A DNA stretch of 24,102 nucleotides from Pseudomonadota bacterium (GTDB taxonomy: Bacteria; Myxococcota; JACRCW01; JAFGSX01), in contig JBDRCO010000004.1 in assembly GCA_043821645.1 (NCBI GenBank), forward strand, positions 1 through 24,102. The letters are read 5' to 3'. The translations under genes were made by a program, and so were the position numbers. Below, piece by piece: positions 1 through 9,693 of the stretch (the stretch's first letter is position 1; each line of letters begins with the position of its first letter). Below the pieces are notes generated by a model. That model was not told where the DNA came from. It ran no database searches and saw only the letters and a list, made by a program, of their open reading frames with translations.

Positions 1-354
1 CGCGTCAACGACGACTTCGGACATCTGGCTGGCGACTACGTACTCAAGAAGGTGGCCAACGAGGTGTCGCGCCGCATCCGCAAGGAAGAGTGCTTCGCCC
101 GCTACGGCGGTGAAGAATTCACGATAGTGCTGCCGGACACCACCCTCGACCGTGGCAAGATCCTGGCCGAGAAGGTCCGCAGCATCATCGAGGCCACGAC
201 CTTCGAGTTCGAGGACAACATCATCCCTGTCACGGTGAGCATGGGTCTGACTCAGATGCTCGAGGACGACAAGGAAGCCCCTCCCTTCATCAAGCGTGCG
301 GACGAGATGCTGTACGCCGCGAAGGAGGGGGGACGTAACTGCATCAAGTTCTGA
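1..354 (+). CDS. Diguanylate cyclase, C-terminal GGDEF domain (5'-truncated by window edge)
   Basis: Frame is open from base 1: RVNDDFGHLAGDYVLK...ARYGGEEF...VTVSMG...KRADEMLYAAKEGGRN. This has the NDxxGHxxGD, GGEEF and ADxxLYxAKxxGRN motifs. Confidence 0.93.
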   Translation, partial: RVNDDFGHLAGDYVLKKVANEVSRRIRKEECFARYGGEEFTIVLPDTTLDRGKILAEKVRSIIEATTFEFEDNIIPVTVSMGLTQMLEDDKEAPPFIKRADEMLYAAKEGGRNCIKF

Positions 355-432
355 GTGCTTCGCGAGCCGCCTTCCGATCCTGCGTGGGGCCAACATGAGG
401 GTGCGCGACACCGCAGCGACGAGGACAGAGGT

Positions 433-1272
433 ATGACGTCCTCTGGATCGGATCGACGTGTGCATGCGCGGTACCTGGCGCCCTACCGCGTGGTGGTGAC
501 GCCATCCGAGGGCGCGCGCCTGGCCACCCTGACCGACAACCTGAGTGCTGGTGGCTTGATGCTGGCCACCAACCACGATCTGCCGCTCGAGCAGAATCTG
601 GACCTCACCATTCACCTTCCCGACGGGCAGCGAGCCGTGCGCTGCCACGGGCAGGTCGTGCGCCGGGCCCATCGCGAGCAGGACGGCCGCGAGGGCTTCG
701 GAGTGCAACTCGAGTTTGCACTACCGGCCGACGCGGTGGACTACCTCAAGCGGCTCAATGCCCTGCGCGCGGGTGAGGTCGATGTGGCGCCGCGGGCGTA
801 CCCGGTGCTGGTCGTCGAAGACAACGACATCCTCAGCGAACTCATGGCCACCTCGCTGCCACTGCTGTGGAAACGCCGCTACACCTACGGGCCTTTCCTG
901 GACATCGATCTGGCTCCGAGTGGTGATGTGGCCCTCGAGATGGTCAAGCACCGTCGCTACAACCTCGTCGTCACCGACGTCTACATGCCCAAGCTGGATG
1001 GCCGGGCTTTCATCACCGCCTTGCGCGCGGACGCTCGCACCCAGTCGATACCGGTGCTGGTCATCAGCGCCGGCGACCTGGCGGACGAAGTCATGGCCCT
1101 CGACGCGGATGGTTTTTTGCGCAAGCCCCTGCGCCTGCGCGTGCTCTTCGACGTGGTGCACCTGCTGCTCGCAGGGGCCATGCCAGAGGACGAATCCCTG
1201 GAGCAGACGACGGCTGCCGACGACGAGAGCGAGACCCCCCTCGAGCGCGCGCTGCGCGGTGTGTCGGACTGA
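433..1272 (+). CDS. PilZ domain - response regulator receiver fusion protein
   Basis: ATG at 433 follows AGAGGT (the ORF track uses GTG 355). PilZ motifs are RxxxR (RRVHAR) and D/NxSxxG (NLSAGG). Receiver motifs are VLVVED, TDVYMPKLDG, VISA and FLRKP. Confidence 0.88.
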   Translation: MTSSGSDRRVHARYLAPYRVVVTPSEGARLATLTDNLSAGGLMLATNHDLPLEQNLDLTIHLPDGQRAVRCHGQVVRRAHREQDGREGFGVQLEFALPADAVDYLKRLNALRAGEVDVAPRAYPVLVVEDNDILSELMATSLPLLWKRRYTYGPFLDIDLAPSGDVALEMVKHRRYNLVVTDVYMPKLDGRAFITALRADARTQSIPVLVISAGDLADEVMALDADGFLRKPLRLRVLFDVVHLLLAGAMPEDESLEQTTAADDESETPLERALRGVSD

Positions 1273-1274
1273 GC

Positions 1275-3020
1275 GTGGCGCGGCCGCGCATCCCTCGCTG
1301 GGTGGTCGCCATCATCCGCGTCTTGTGGGGCGTGGCCCGTGTTCTTCCTGCCCCCATCATCCGCTTCCTGGGGCGGCTGCTGTTCTCGAAGAGCCAGGCG
1401 CGCTTCGAGGCTGCGCTGGCTGATCCCCGCGGGACCCAGACCCGACACCTGCTGGAGATCCTGCGCCGACATCGCGATACCTCCTTCGGTCGCGAGCATG
1501 GCTTCGAGGAGATTCGCGACTGGGCGGGCTTTCGGGCCCGGGTGCCGATCCGGGGTTACGACCAGCTCGAGCCCTACCTGAAGCGCATGGTGGCAGGAGA
1601 ACGCGATGTGTTGGTCAGTGACCCCGTGACCTTCTTTGCGCGCTCGTCGGGAACCACCGGGAGCCCCAAGTACATCCCGGTCACCGAGCCCTACCTCGAC
1701 GAGATGCGCGCGGTGCGCCGGGCCTGGAGTCGAGCGGTCAGCCAGGTGTTTCCCGGACTGGTACGGGGGCACTTCCTCACCGTGCACTCCCCGACCATCG
1801 ATGGCCACACGCCGGGCGGCGTGCCCTATGGTTCCATCACCGTCGCCCTGTCGGGTGGCACCGATGACGACGTGGCGAGCCCCCTCGAAGGGATCCCGCG
1901 CGCCATTCATCGCCTTCGAGACCTCGACACCAAGTACTACCTGATCCTGCGCGCAGCCCTGGATCTTCCCATCAGCTTGATGGGGGCTCTCAATCCCAGC
2001 ACGGTGTTGCTGCTGTGCCAGCGTCTGACGCGCTGGGCAGACCGCCTGGCCACGGACCTCGAGCAGGGGACCTTGTCTGCTCCGGGGGAGGTTCCCGCGG
2101 ACCTGCTCGCGCGCATGGCCCCTCGACTCGCTCGTCGCCCCGAGATGGCCCGGCGGCTGCGGCGGAGCCTCGCCCAGCACGGAGTGGTGCGCCCCGGCGA
2201 CCTGTGGCCACGTCTGTGCGGTGTGCTGACCTGGAAGGGCGGGAGCGCGCCCTTTTACCTGGGCAAGCTACGCGCCTATCTGGCTGAGCTGCCCATCCTG
2301 GACTACGGCTACGTGGCAAGTGAAGGCGCCTTCAGCGTGGTCCTCGACGCCGGGGATGGCCGCGGTGTGGTGGGAATCCAGGGCCACGTGCTGGAGTTCG
2401 TCCCCGAGGCCATGGCGGGTCAGGCGGACACCGAGGCTCTGCTGGTGGACGAGCTGCGGATTGGCGAGCGCTACGCGGTCATCATCACCGCTGGCAACGG
2501 GCTCTATCGCTACGACATCAACGACATCGTCGAGGTGGTGGATCTGTACCGCGGTGTGCCCCGGATCCGCTTCGTGCACAAGGGCGGCAACATGATCTCG
2601 ATCACCGGCGAGAAGCTGGGTGAAGCCCACGCCGTCGAGGCCATCGACGGAGCGCTGCGGGCGACCGGGGTCGACGCTGCGGGCTTCCTGCTCACCGCCC
2701 GGCTGGAGGATCCTCCCTACTACGTGGTGGCCGTCGAGATCCCCGGTCCTATCCAGGACTCGAGCTTGCAGGCCTTGCTGCATGCCTGCGACCTGGGTCT
2801 GCAGCAGGTCAACATCGAGTATGCGGCCAAGCGCAACTCCCAGCGCCTGGGCAGTCCGCACCTGGTGCTGACCTCGCCCGGCGTCTTCGAGGGCCTGCGT
2901 GCCCAGCGTGTGGCCGAGGGTGCGCCGGACGCCCACGTCAAGGTTCCGCACCTGTGGCGCGATGCCGCTGTCCTCGAGCGCCTGGGTGTTCAACGCGAAC
3001 TGATGCTGGAGACGCCATGA
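1275..3020 (+). CDS. GH3 auxin-responsive-promoter family protein (adenylate-forming acyl-amido synthetase-like)
   Basis: GH3 motifs SSGTTG-SPKYIP, YVASEG and GLYRYDINDIV, with N-terminal TSFGREHGF and C-terminal NIEYAAKR...HVKVPHL. Starts 2 nt after the previous stop. Confidence 0.9.
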   Translation: MARPRIPRWVVAIIRVLWGVARVLPAPIIRFLGRLLFSKSQARFEAALADPRGTQTRHLLEILRRHRDTSFGREHGFEEIRDWAGFRARVPIRGYDQLEPYLKRMVAGERDVLVSDPVTFFARSSGTTGSPKYIPVTEPYLDEMRAVRRAWSRAVSQVFPGLVRGHFLTVHSPTIDGHTPGGVPYGSITVALSGGTDDDVASPLEGIPRAIHRLRDLDTKYYLILRAALDLPISLMGALNPSTVLLLCQRLTRWADRLATDLEQGTLSAPGEVPADLLARMAPRLARRPEMARRLRRSLAQHGVVRPGDLWPRLCGVLTWKGGSAPFYLGKLRAYLAELPILDYGYVASEGAFSVVLDAGDGRGVVGIQGHVLEFVPEAMAGQADTEALLVDELRIGERYAVIITAGNGLYRYDINDIVEVVDLYRGVPRIRFVHKGGNMISITGEKLGEAHAVEAIDGALRATGVDAAGFLLTARLEDPPYYVVAVEIPGPIQDSSLQALLHACDLGLQQVNIEYAAKRNSQRLGSPHLVLTSPGVFEGLRAQRVAEGAPDAHVKVPHLWRDAAVLERLGVQRELMLETP

Positions 3021-3700
3021 CCGGCCTCCCCGTGGCGATCAGCTTTGACCTCGACGGCACGCTGTACAGCACGCGCCGGGTGGCCCTGCGGGTGCTGTGG
3101 GCCACGCGTGGCAGATGGCGCTTCCTGCGGATCTATCGCACGGTTCGGCAGGCGCTGCGACCGCGCGTGTTCGAGGACGGAGATGCGCTGCACACGGCCG
3201 AGGTCGAGCTGCTGGCCCGGGCACTCGTCCGGGACGTCGAGACGACGCGCGAGCTCCTGCATCGCGTTCACGAGGTGGAGCTCGTCGGAGCCTTGGGGCG
3301 CTGTGGACCCGATGCCCTGGCGCGGCCCCTGATCTTGGCCCTGCACGCGCGCGGTGTTCGCCTGGCGGTACTCTCGGATCTACCCGTGGTGGCCAAGCTC
3401 GAGGCCTTGGGGTTGGCGGACCTGCCGTGGACCACGGTGATGGACGCCGGGGACACGGGAGCACTCAAGCCCCACGCGCGCCCCTTCGAGCGGGTGGCCC
3501 AGGCTCTGGGAGTGTCTGTGGAACAGCTCGTTCACGTTGGCGACAGGCACGACACCGACGTCACGGGAGCCGAGAGCTGTGGGGCGAGCGCCGTGTGGCT
3601 GACGCGAAAGGCCGACGAGCCCGTCGCACGGACGACGTGGACGGTGCGCGATCTTGCCGAGCTGGCGGATCGCTGGGAGCTGGCCCTGTCCCCGGGCTAG
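3017..3700 (+). CDS. HAD-superfamily hydrolase/phosphatase
   Basis: ATGA overlap with the GH3 stop. Motifs I FDLDGTL, II LSD, III KP and IV HVGDRHDTD. Confidence 0.9.
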   Translation: MTGLPVAISFDLDGTLYSTRRVALRVLWATRGRWRFLRIYRTVRQALRPRVFEDGDALHTAEVELLARALVRDVETTRELLHRVHEVELVGALGRCGPDALARPLILALHARGVRLAVLSDLPVVAKLEALGLADLPWTTVMDAGDTGALKPHARPFERVAQALGVSVEQLVHVGDRHDTDVTGAESCGASAVWLTRKADEPVARTTWTVRDLAELADRWELALSPG

Positions 3701-3741
3701 TCCCAGGAGCTGGCTCGCTCAGGACCTCGTCGCTGCGAAGG

Positions 3742-3978
3742 TCAGTGCCCGCAGCTGCAGCTCCCCGGAGAGCAACCACTGCAGTCGCCGCCGGAGCATC
3801 CCGACGAAGCCGAGACGGGGCTGCCGTCCGCCCGCTGGCCATGGATGGCAAAGGCCGAGAGCTTGCGCTCCACGGTCTCGGCCGCGCAGTGGGGACAGCT
3901 CACGGACTCGTCGCGATGAAACACGAGTTCCTCGAACTCGACGTGGCAGCCCCGGCACACGAATTCGTAGATGGGCAC
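3742..3978 (-). CDS. FmdB-family zinc-ribbon protein with Cys-rich tail
   Basis: GTG at 3978 after AGGAGG. Sequence MPIYEFVCRGCHVEFEELV...CPHC...RKLSAFA with tail CSGGDCSGCSPGSCSCGH. Confidence 0.88.
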   Translation of the reverse strand: MPIYEFVCRGCHVEFEELVFHRDESVSCPHCAAETVERKLSAFAIHGQRADGSPVSASSGCSGGDCSGCSPGSCSCGH

Positions 3979-4202
3979 GCCAGCCTCCTGTTCATTGACC
4001 AACGTTCACGCACCCCCGACTCCGCCCTGGCGCGGCTGGCCGAGGTATCTCGGAAGATGGGCGGCACCTGCGTCCGCCCTTCCGGGGTCGCTCCGCGCTT
4101 CTGTGGCAGCACTGGCCAGCCGGTGACGCTGGAATACGGTGCAACGCTCGTTCATTACGTAGCAGGATCGAGATCGTCAATGGCCGGTCCGCAATCCAGG
4201 AG

Positions 4203-5042
4203 ATGCCCGTGACCCTGAGTCGACGCCAGTTTCTTGCCGCTGCCGGGACCGCCAGTGCTGGCGTGCTGCTGGCAACTCCAGCCGTGGCGGGGATCCCCTC
4301 GCGCATCGAGCACCATGGCCTGTCCGTGCGCCACCCAGATCTGCACGGGCTGTGTCTGGCCCACCTGACGGATCTGCACCTGGACAGTGACCTGGCCTAC
4401 CAGCGCCTCCCCCAGGCTGTTCGGCTGGTCAACTCCCGTCGTCCGGATCTGGTGCTGCTCACCGGCGACTACGTCTCCTGGGGTGAGGACCACATCGAAC
4501 CCTTCACCGAGATCGCGGCGGGCTTTCACTGTCCCGTGGTCGCGGTCCTGGGCAACCACGACCACTACGCCGGGGCCGAGCGCATGACCGCAGCACTTTC
4601 CAGCCGGGGTGTGCGGGTCCTGAGCAACACCAGCCACGTGGTCGAGATCGGTGGCGCCCACCTGCGGATCGTCGGTATCGACGACCTGCGCACCCAGCAC
4701 GCGGATGTTGCAGCGGCGCTGGCCGGACTCGAGGCGCGCGATGACCTCCGCATCGTGCTGACCCACGTCCCCACCGTGGCGGACCTGCTGCCCGCTTCCA
4801 CGGCCGATCTCATCCTGGCGGGGCACACCCACGGCGGCCAGATCGCCATCCAGGGCCTCACCGAGTGGATCGTGCGCGCGGTCGGCTCGCCCTACGCGCG
4901 CGGGTTTTACAGCCTGCCCGCAGGCCGTCTGTACGTGAACCGGGGCTGGGGCACGGTGGGCCTCCCGCTTCGTGTCGGGGCTCCTGCCGAGATCGCATTT
5001 TTTCACTGTGTCCACGAATCCGCGCGGCCATCCCCGGTCTGA
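4203..5042 (+). CDS. Calcineurin-like metallophosphoesterase (YkuE/YaeI-like) with twin-arginine signal
   Basis: Tat motif SRRQFL. Motifs TDLH, LTGDY, GNHD, LTH-P, AGHTHGGQ and YVNRGWG. RBS CAGGAG. Confidence 0.92.
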   Translation: MPVTLSRRQFLAAAGTASAGVLLATPAVAGIPSRIEHHGLSVRHPDLHGLCLAHLTDLHLDSDLAYQRLPQAVRLVNSRRPDLVLLTGDYVSWGEDHIEPFTEIAAGFHCPVVAVLGNHDHYAGAERMTAALSSRGVRVLSNTSHVVEIGGAHLRIVGIDDLRTQHADVAAALAGLEARDDLRIVLTHVPTVADLLPASTADLILAGHTHGGQIAIQGLTEWIVRAVGSPYARGFYSLPAGRLYVNRGWGTVGLPLRVGAPAEIAFFHCVHESARPSPV

Positions 5043-5252
5043 GCGTCCCGCACGCAGTTCACTGCAATGTGGGGTTCCCAGGCGCTGCCCCTCGCGGCAG
5101 CGGAAAACGCCACCATTCAAAAGTGTTGAACCAAGCTCTGACGTGGGCTCGTTGTTCGGGACAGGTCCTGCTGTCCCTGGCGGGGCTCGAAAACACGCCT
5201 TGGCCCGGCCCTCGCCGCGCGGTACCCGCAACGATGTGCAGTGAAGCCAGGC

Positions 5253-5840
5253 CTAGAGGTTGGCAGCCAGGCCGTCCATCTCGCGCAGGATGCGACGATG
5301 GTTCACCGGCACCAGCACCTCGCAGTTGGATCCGGTCTTGGTCAACATGACGAAGCCCAGGTACCAGTTCAGGATGCCCTGGGGCGCGGTGCAGCCGGAG
5401 AACACATTCTCCATGACGTAGTCACAGCCGCTGGTCGACCCGGCCATGTTGACGTAGGCCGTGAAGCATCCCGCGGTTCCCTCGATACTGCCCTTGAGGC
5501 CAGAGGCCACGTCCTGGATGTCGTGCGCCTCCCATCCCATCTCGATCTCGTTGTCGGCAGTCTGGCTGGAAAAGTGGTAGTCGTAGTCCACGAAGTCCAT
5601 CACGGCATTCCGGTCGTCATACACGATCTTCATGTCGTCCAGGAAGTAGTCGCCCACGACATCGGGCGGGTCTTCTCCCCGGTACAGCGTCATGCCAGCG
5701 CGTTCCAGGGGATGCCGGCCGTCGGGCTCGGGAAGATCCGGAGGCATGGGGGCTCGCCGGTCATCTGGACCGCAGGCCAGGGCAGCGATGCCGAGAAGCA
5801 ACGTGCCTGCCACGAGGAGAGACCGGGGCCAGAACTTCAT
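5253..5840 (-). CDS. Hypothetical lipoprotein
   Basis: MKFWPRSLLVAGTLLLGIAALAC signal with lipobox-like Cys, followed by a beta-rich mature region. Coding-like composition. Confidence 0.7.
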   Translation of the reverse strand: MKFWPRSLLVAGTLLLGIAALACGPDDRRAPMPPDLPEPDGRHPLERAGMTLYRGEDPPDVVGDYFLDDMKIVYDDRNAVMDFVDYDYHFSSQTADNEIEMGWEAHDIQDVASGLKGSIEGTAGCFTAYVNMAGSTSGCDYVMENVFSGCTAPQGILNWYLGFVMLTKTGSNCEVLVPVNHRRILREMDGLAANL

Positions 5841-5904
5841 GGCGTCAGTATACACGACGTGCCGGCGGGCTGCACTTCTCCGTCGACACGGCACATACCT
5901 TGTG

Positions 5905-5933
5905 TTGACACGGCGTCGTGGTCGCGCCATCGT
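5905..5933 (+). promoter_or_regulatory. Putative sigma70-type promoter for serC
   Basis: Perfect TTGACA (5905-5910), 17-nt spacer, CATCGT (5928-5933, 3/6 match to the -10 consensus). Confidence 0.45.
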
Positions 5934-6140
5934 CGCTACGTCGTATTCTGGCGTCTTTCACGCTGGAGCGAAGGGTCCTCTTCGGACGGGATGCGACAAG
6001 ATCCCCGAGGCCGCGAGAGGGCCGGCGCGATTCCCGCCAGGGGGGACGTGCTGCTCGGGGAGAACGCGTCGGTTGCTACCCGGACCCGGGGCCCGACGAC
6101 ACGGGGGCTGCAGGACGGCCCCCAAAGAAAGGACACCGCC

Positions 6141-7220
6141 ATGGCAGAGCGCAAGATCAACTTCAATCCCGGTCCCGCCATCCTGCCCGTGCCCGTCCTG
6201 GAGATCCTGGCCAAGAACACCGTCGAGTTCGGTGGTTGCGGCATGTCCATCTACGAGATCTCCCACCGCTCGAAGGAGTTCGAGGCTGTGCTGGCGGATG
6301 CCCAGAAGCGCCTCCACGAGCTGCTGGCCATCCCGGACAGCTACCAGGTGTTGTTCCTGGGCGGTGGTGCCAGCACACAGTTCGACATGCTCGCCATGAA
6401 CTTCTTGCAAGGTGGCAGCGCCGACTACGTGCGTGCGGGTGAGTGGGGCAAGAAGGCGGCCAAGGAAGCCGAACTCTTTGGCTCCGTGCACCTGGCCGGC
6501 GACAGCTCCGCCGACAACTTCAACCACCTGCCGGACAAGCTCGAGTTTGACCCGAAGGCGCGCTATGTGCACTTCACGTCCAACAACACGATCTACGGCA
6601 CCCAGTACCGGGACTTCCCCGACGTGGGTGCGGTGCCTCTGATCTGCGACATGTCGTCGGACATCCTGTCCCACCGCTGGGACATTCAGCGCTTTGCCAT
6701 GATCTATGCCGGCGCCCAGAAAAACCTGGGGCCGGCCGGCGTCACCGTCGTCATCCTGCGCAAGGACATGCTCGAGAAGTGCGCCGCCAAGCTGCCGGCC
6801 ATGCTCAGCTACAAGACCTTTGCCGACAAGAACAGCCTGTACAACACCCCGCCCGTGGGCCCGATCTACATCGTCAAGCTGGTGCTGGACTGGGTGGCCG
6901 AGCAGGGTGGTCTCGCGGCCATGGAGAAGCTCAACGCCCAGAAGGCGGACCTGCTGTACGGGATGCTGGACGGCGATCCCGAGTTCTATCGAGGCACCGT
7001 CGTCAACAAGGCCCACCGTTCGCAGATGAACGTGCCCTTCCGGCTGCCGAGCGAGGACCTCGAGAAGACGTTCATCGCCGAGGGCGCCGCGATCGGACTG
7101 CACGGGATGAAGGGCCATCGCTCCGTCGGTGGCATCCGCATCTCCATGTACAACGCCCTGCCCCTGGCAGGGATCGAGAAGCTGGTCGGCTTCATGAAGG
7201 ACTTCCGCAAGGCACACTGA
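6141..7220 (+). CDS. serC: 3-phosphoserine aminotransferase
   Basis: ATG 6141 after AAAGGA. Motifs NFNPGPA, EISHRS, GGGASTQF, NNTIYG, DMSS, YAGAQKNLGPAG (PLP lysine), SLYNTPP, RSQMNVPF and GHRSVGGIRISMYNA. Confidence 0.98.
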   Translation: MAERKINFNPGPAILPVPVLEILAKNTVEFGGCGMSIYEISHRSKEFEAVLADAQKRLHELLAIPDSYQVLFLGGGASTQFDMLAMNFLQGGSADYVRAGEWGKKAAKEAELFGSVHLAGDSSADNFNHLPDKLEFDPKARYVHFTSNNTIYGTQYRDFPDVGAVPLICDMSSDILSHRWDIQRFAMIYAGAQKNLGPAGVTVVILRKDMLEKCAAKLPAMLSYKTFADKNSLYNTPPVGPIYIVKLVLDWVAEQGGLAAMEKLNAQKADLLYGMLDGDPEFYRGTVVNKAHRSQMNVPFRLPSEDLEKTFIAEGAAIGLHGMKGHRSVGGIRISMYNALPLAGIEKLVGFMKDFRKAH

Positions 7221-7242
7221 GCACACGAAAGGCCTGCACCTG

Positions 7243-8757
<1,515 letters not shown>

Positions 8758-8824
8758 CCCCCGCGGGGGGCGACCCGACATCGCGGCGCGCGCTGCGTGG
8801 CGACGAGCGGGACGGAGGAAAGCG

Positions 8825-9337
8825 ATGCGAGTGAGAGCGCCGTGGATGCTGCTGCTGGTGGGGACTCTGATGGCGACGGGCTGCACGGACCCTCCTCTCG
8901 AGGGGGAGTGTGTTCCGGGCTTCGATTACACGGACAAGCCATCGATCTTCCCCAGTGTGTCGCCGTTCATCATGTGTCCGGTGTCGCCGGTGGCACCCAA
9001 CAACAAGATCAACGCCAACTTCCTGCTCAACAACTGCGGTCGCCAGCCGCTCACCATCGAGAGCGCCGCGATCAGCAATGCGGCGGCCCCGGAGGTGTTT
9101 GGCAACCTGCAGCTCGAGAAGACTGACGTGAATCCAGGTGATAGCGCTGCGGCGCTGTTCGTCTACACCGCTGTGGATACCCTGGAGCACCGCGGCACCA
9201 TCACGGTCAAGTCGAATGCCGACAACTTCCCCGAGCTGACCATCGATGTGGTGGTCCGCGCCGATGAGCCCTTTGACGGTGGCTTCTGCCCGCCGGTCCA
9301 GGGTGGCGGCACGGATGCGGGCGCCGAAGACATCTGA
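8825..9337 (+). CDS. Lipoprotein with Ig-like (ASH/choice-of-anchor-D-like) domain
   Basis: ATG 8825 after GGAGG. Lipobox-like MATGC, followed by the pattern LNNCGRQPLTI...VNPGDS...GTITVKSN. Confidence 0.72.
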   Translation: MRVRAPWMLLLVGTLMATGCTDPPLEGECVPGFDYTDKPSIFPSVSPFIMCPVSPVAPNNKINANFLLNNCGRQPLTIESAAISNAAAPEVFGNLQLEKTDVNPGDSAAALFVYTAVDTLEHRGTITVKSNADNFPELTIDVVVRADEPFDGGFCPPVQGGGTDAGAEDI

Positions 9338-9693
9338 TCGGCGTCTGGGCGACCCTCTGCTTGTTCCTGGGGCGTTCGGCAGACCCCGCCCCTCGATCAG
9401 GAAAAGTCTGACCCGGGATCGTGTGGGCTCGAACCCTTGGCGGGCCCGTCTCCACCGGCAGCGCTTCATATCCTCGCAAGCTCGGCACGTGTCGCCTGGC
9501 TCCCACGACAAGACGATTCAACACCATCTGGTATGAGAAGGCCGCACGGCAGGGTCCTGAGATCGGATCATCTGCAGCGTCCTGGCGTGGGCACGCTTCG
9601 CGTCCGACGCGCAGCCTGATCGGCTCGCGGCGACAAGCAGTCACGCCGGGACAGAGGCCGAAGAGAGACGCACAGGCATACCTGGGCTTGCGC

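Noticed and set aside
3742-3744. Selenocysteine read-through of TGA after the Cys-rich FmdB tail
   Set aside because: The TGA follows His at a natural end of the tail, with no convincing SECIS or sensible extension.
5215-5255. Cobalamin-riboswitch-like fragment (CCCGCAAC...AAGCCAG)
   Set aside because: The upstream GGGAA/GGTG-AA-TCC elements are missing, and the site lies between convergent gene ends.
5241-6140. Apparent 300-aa N-terminal extension of SerC
   Set aside because: It overlaps the antisense lipoprotein gene and the leader. SerC similarity and the RBS begin at 6141.
9420-9440. tRNA T-arm-like GGGTTCGAGCCC on the minus strand
   Set aside because: No cloverleaf can be built, and the loop and stem lengths are wrong.
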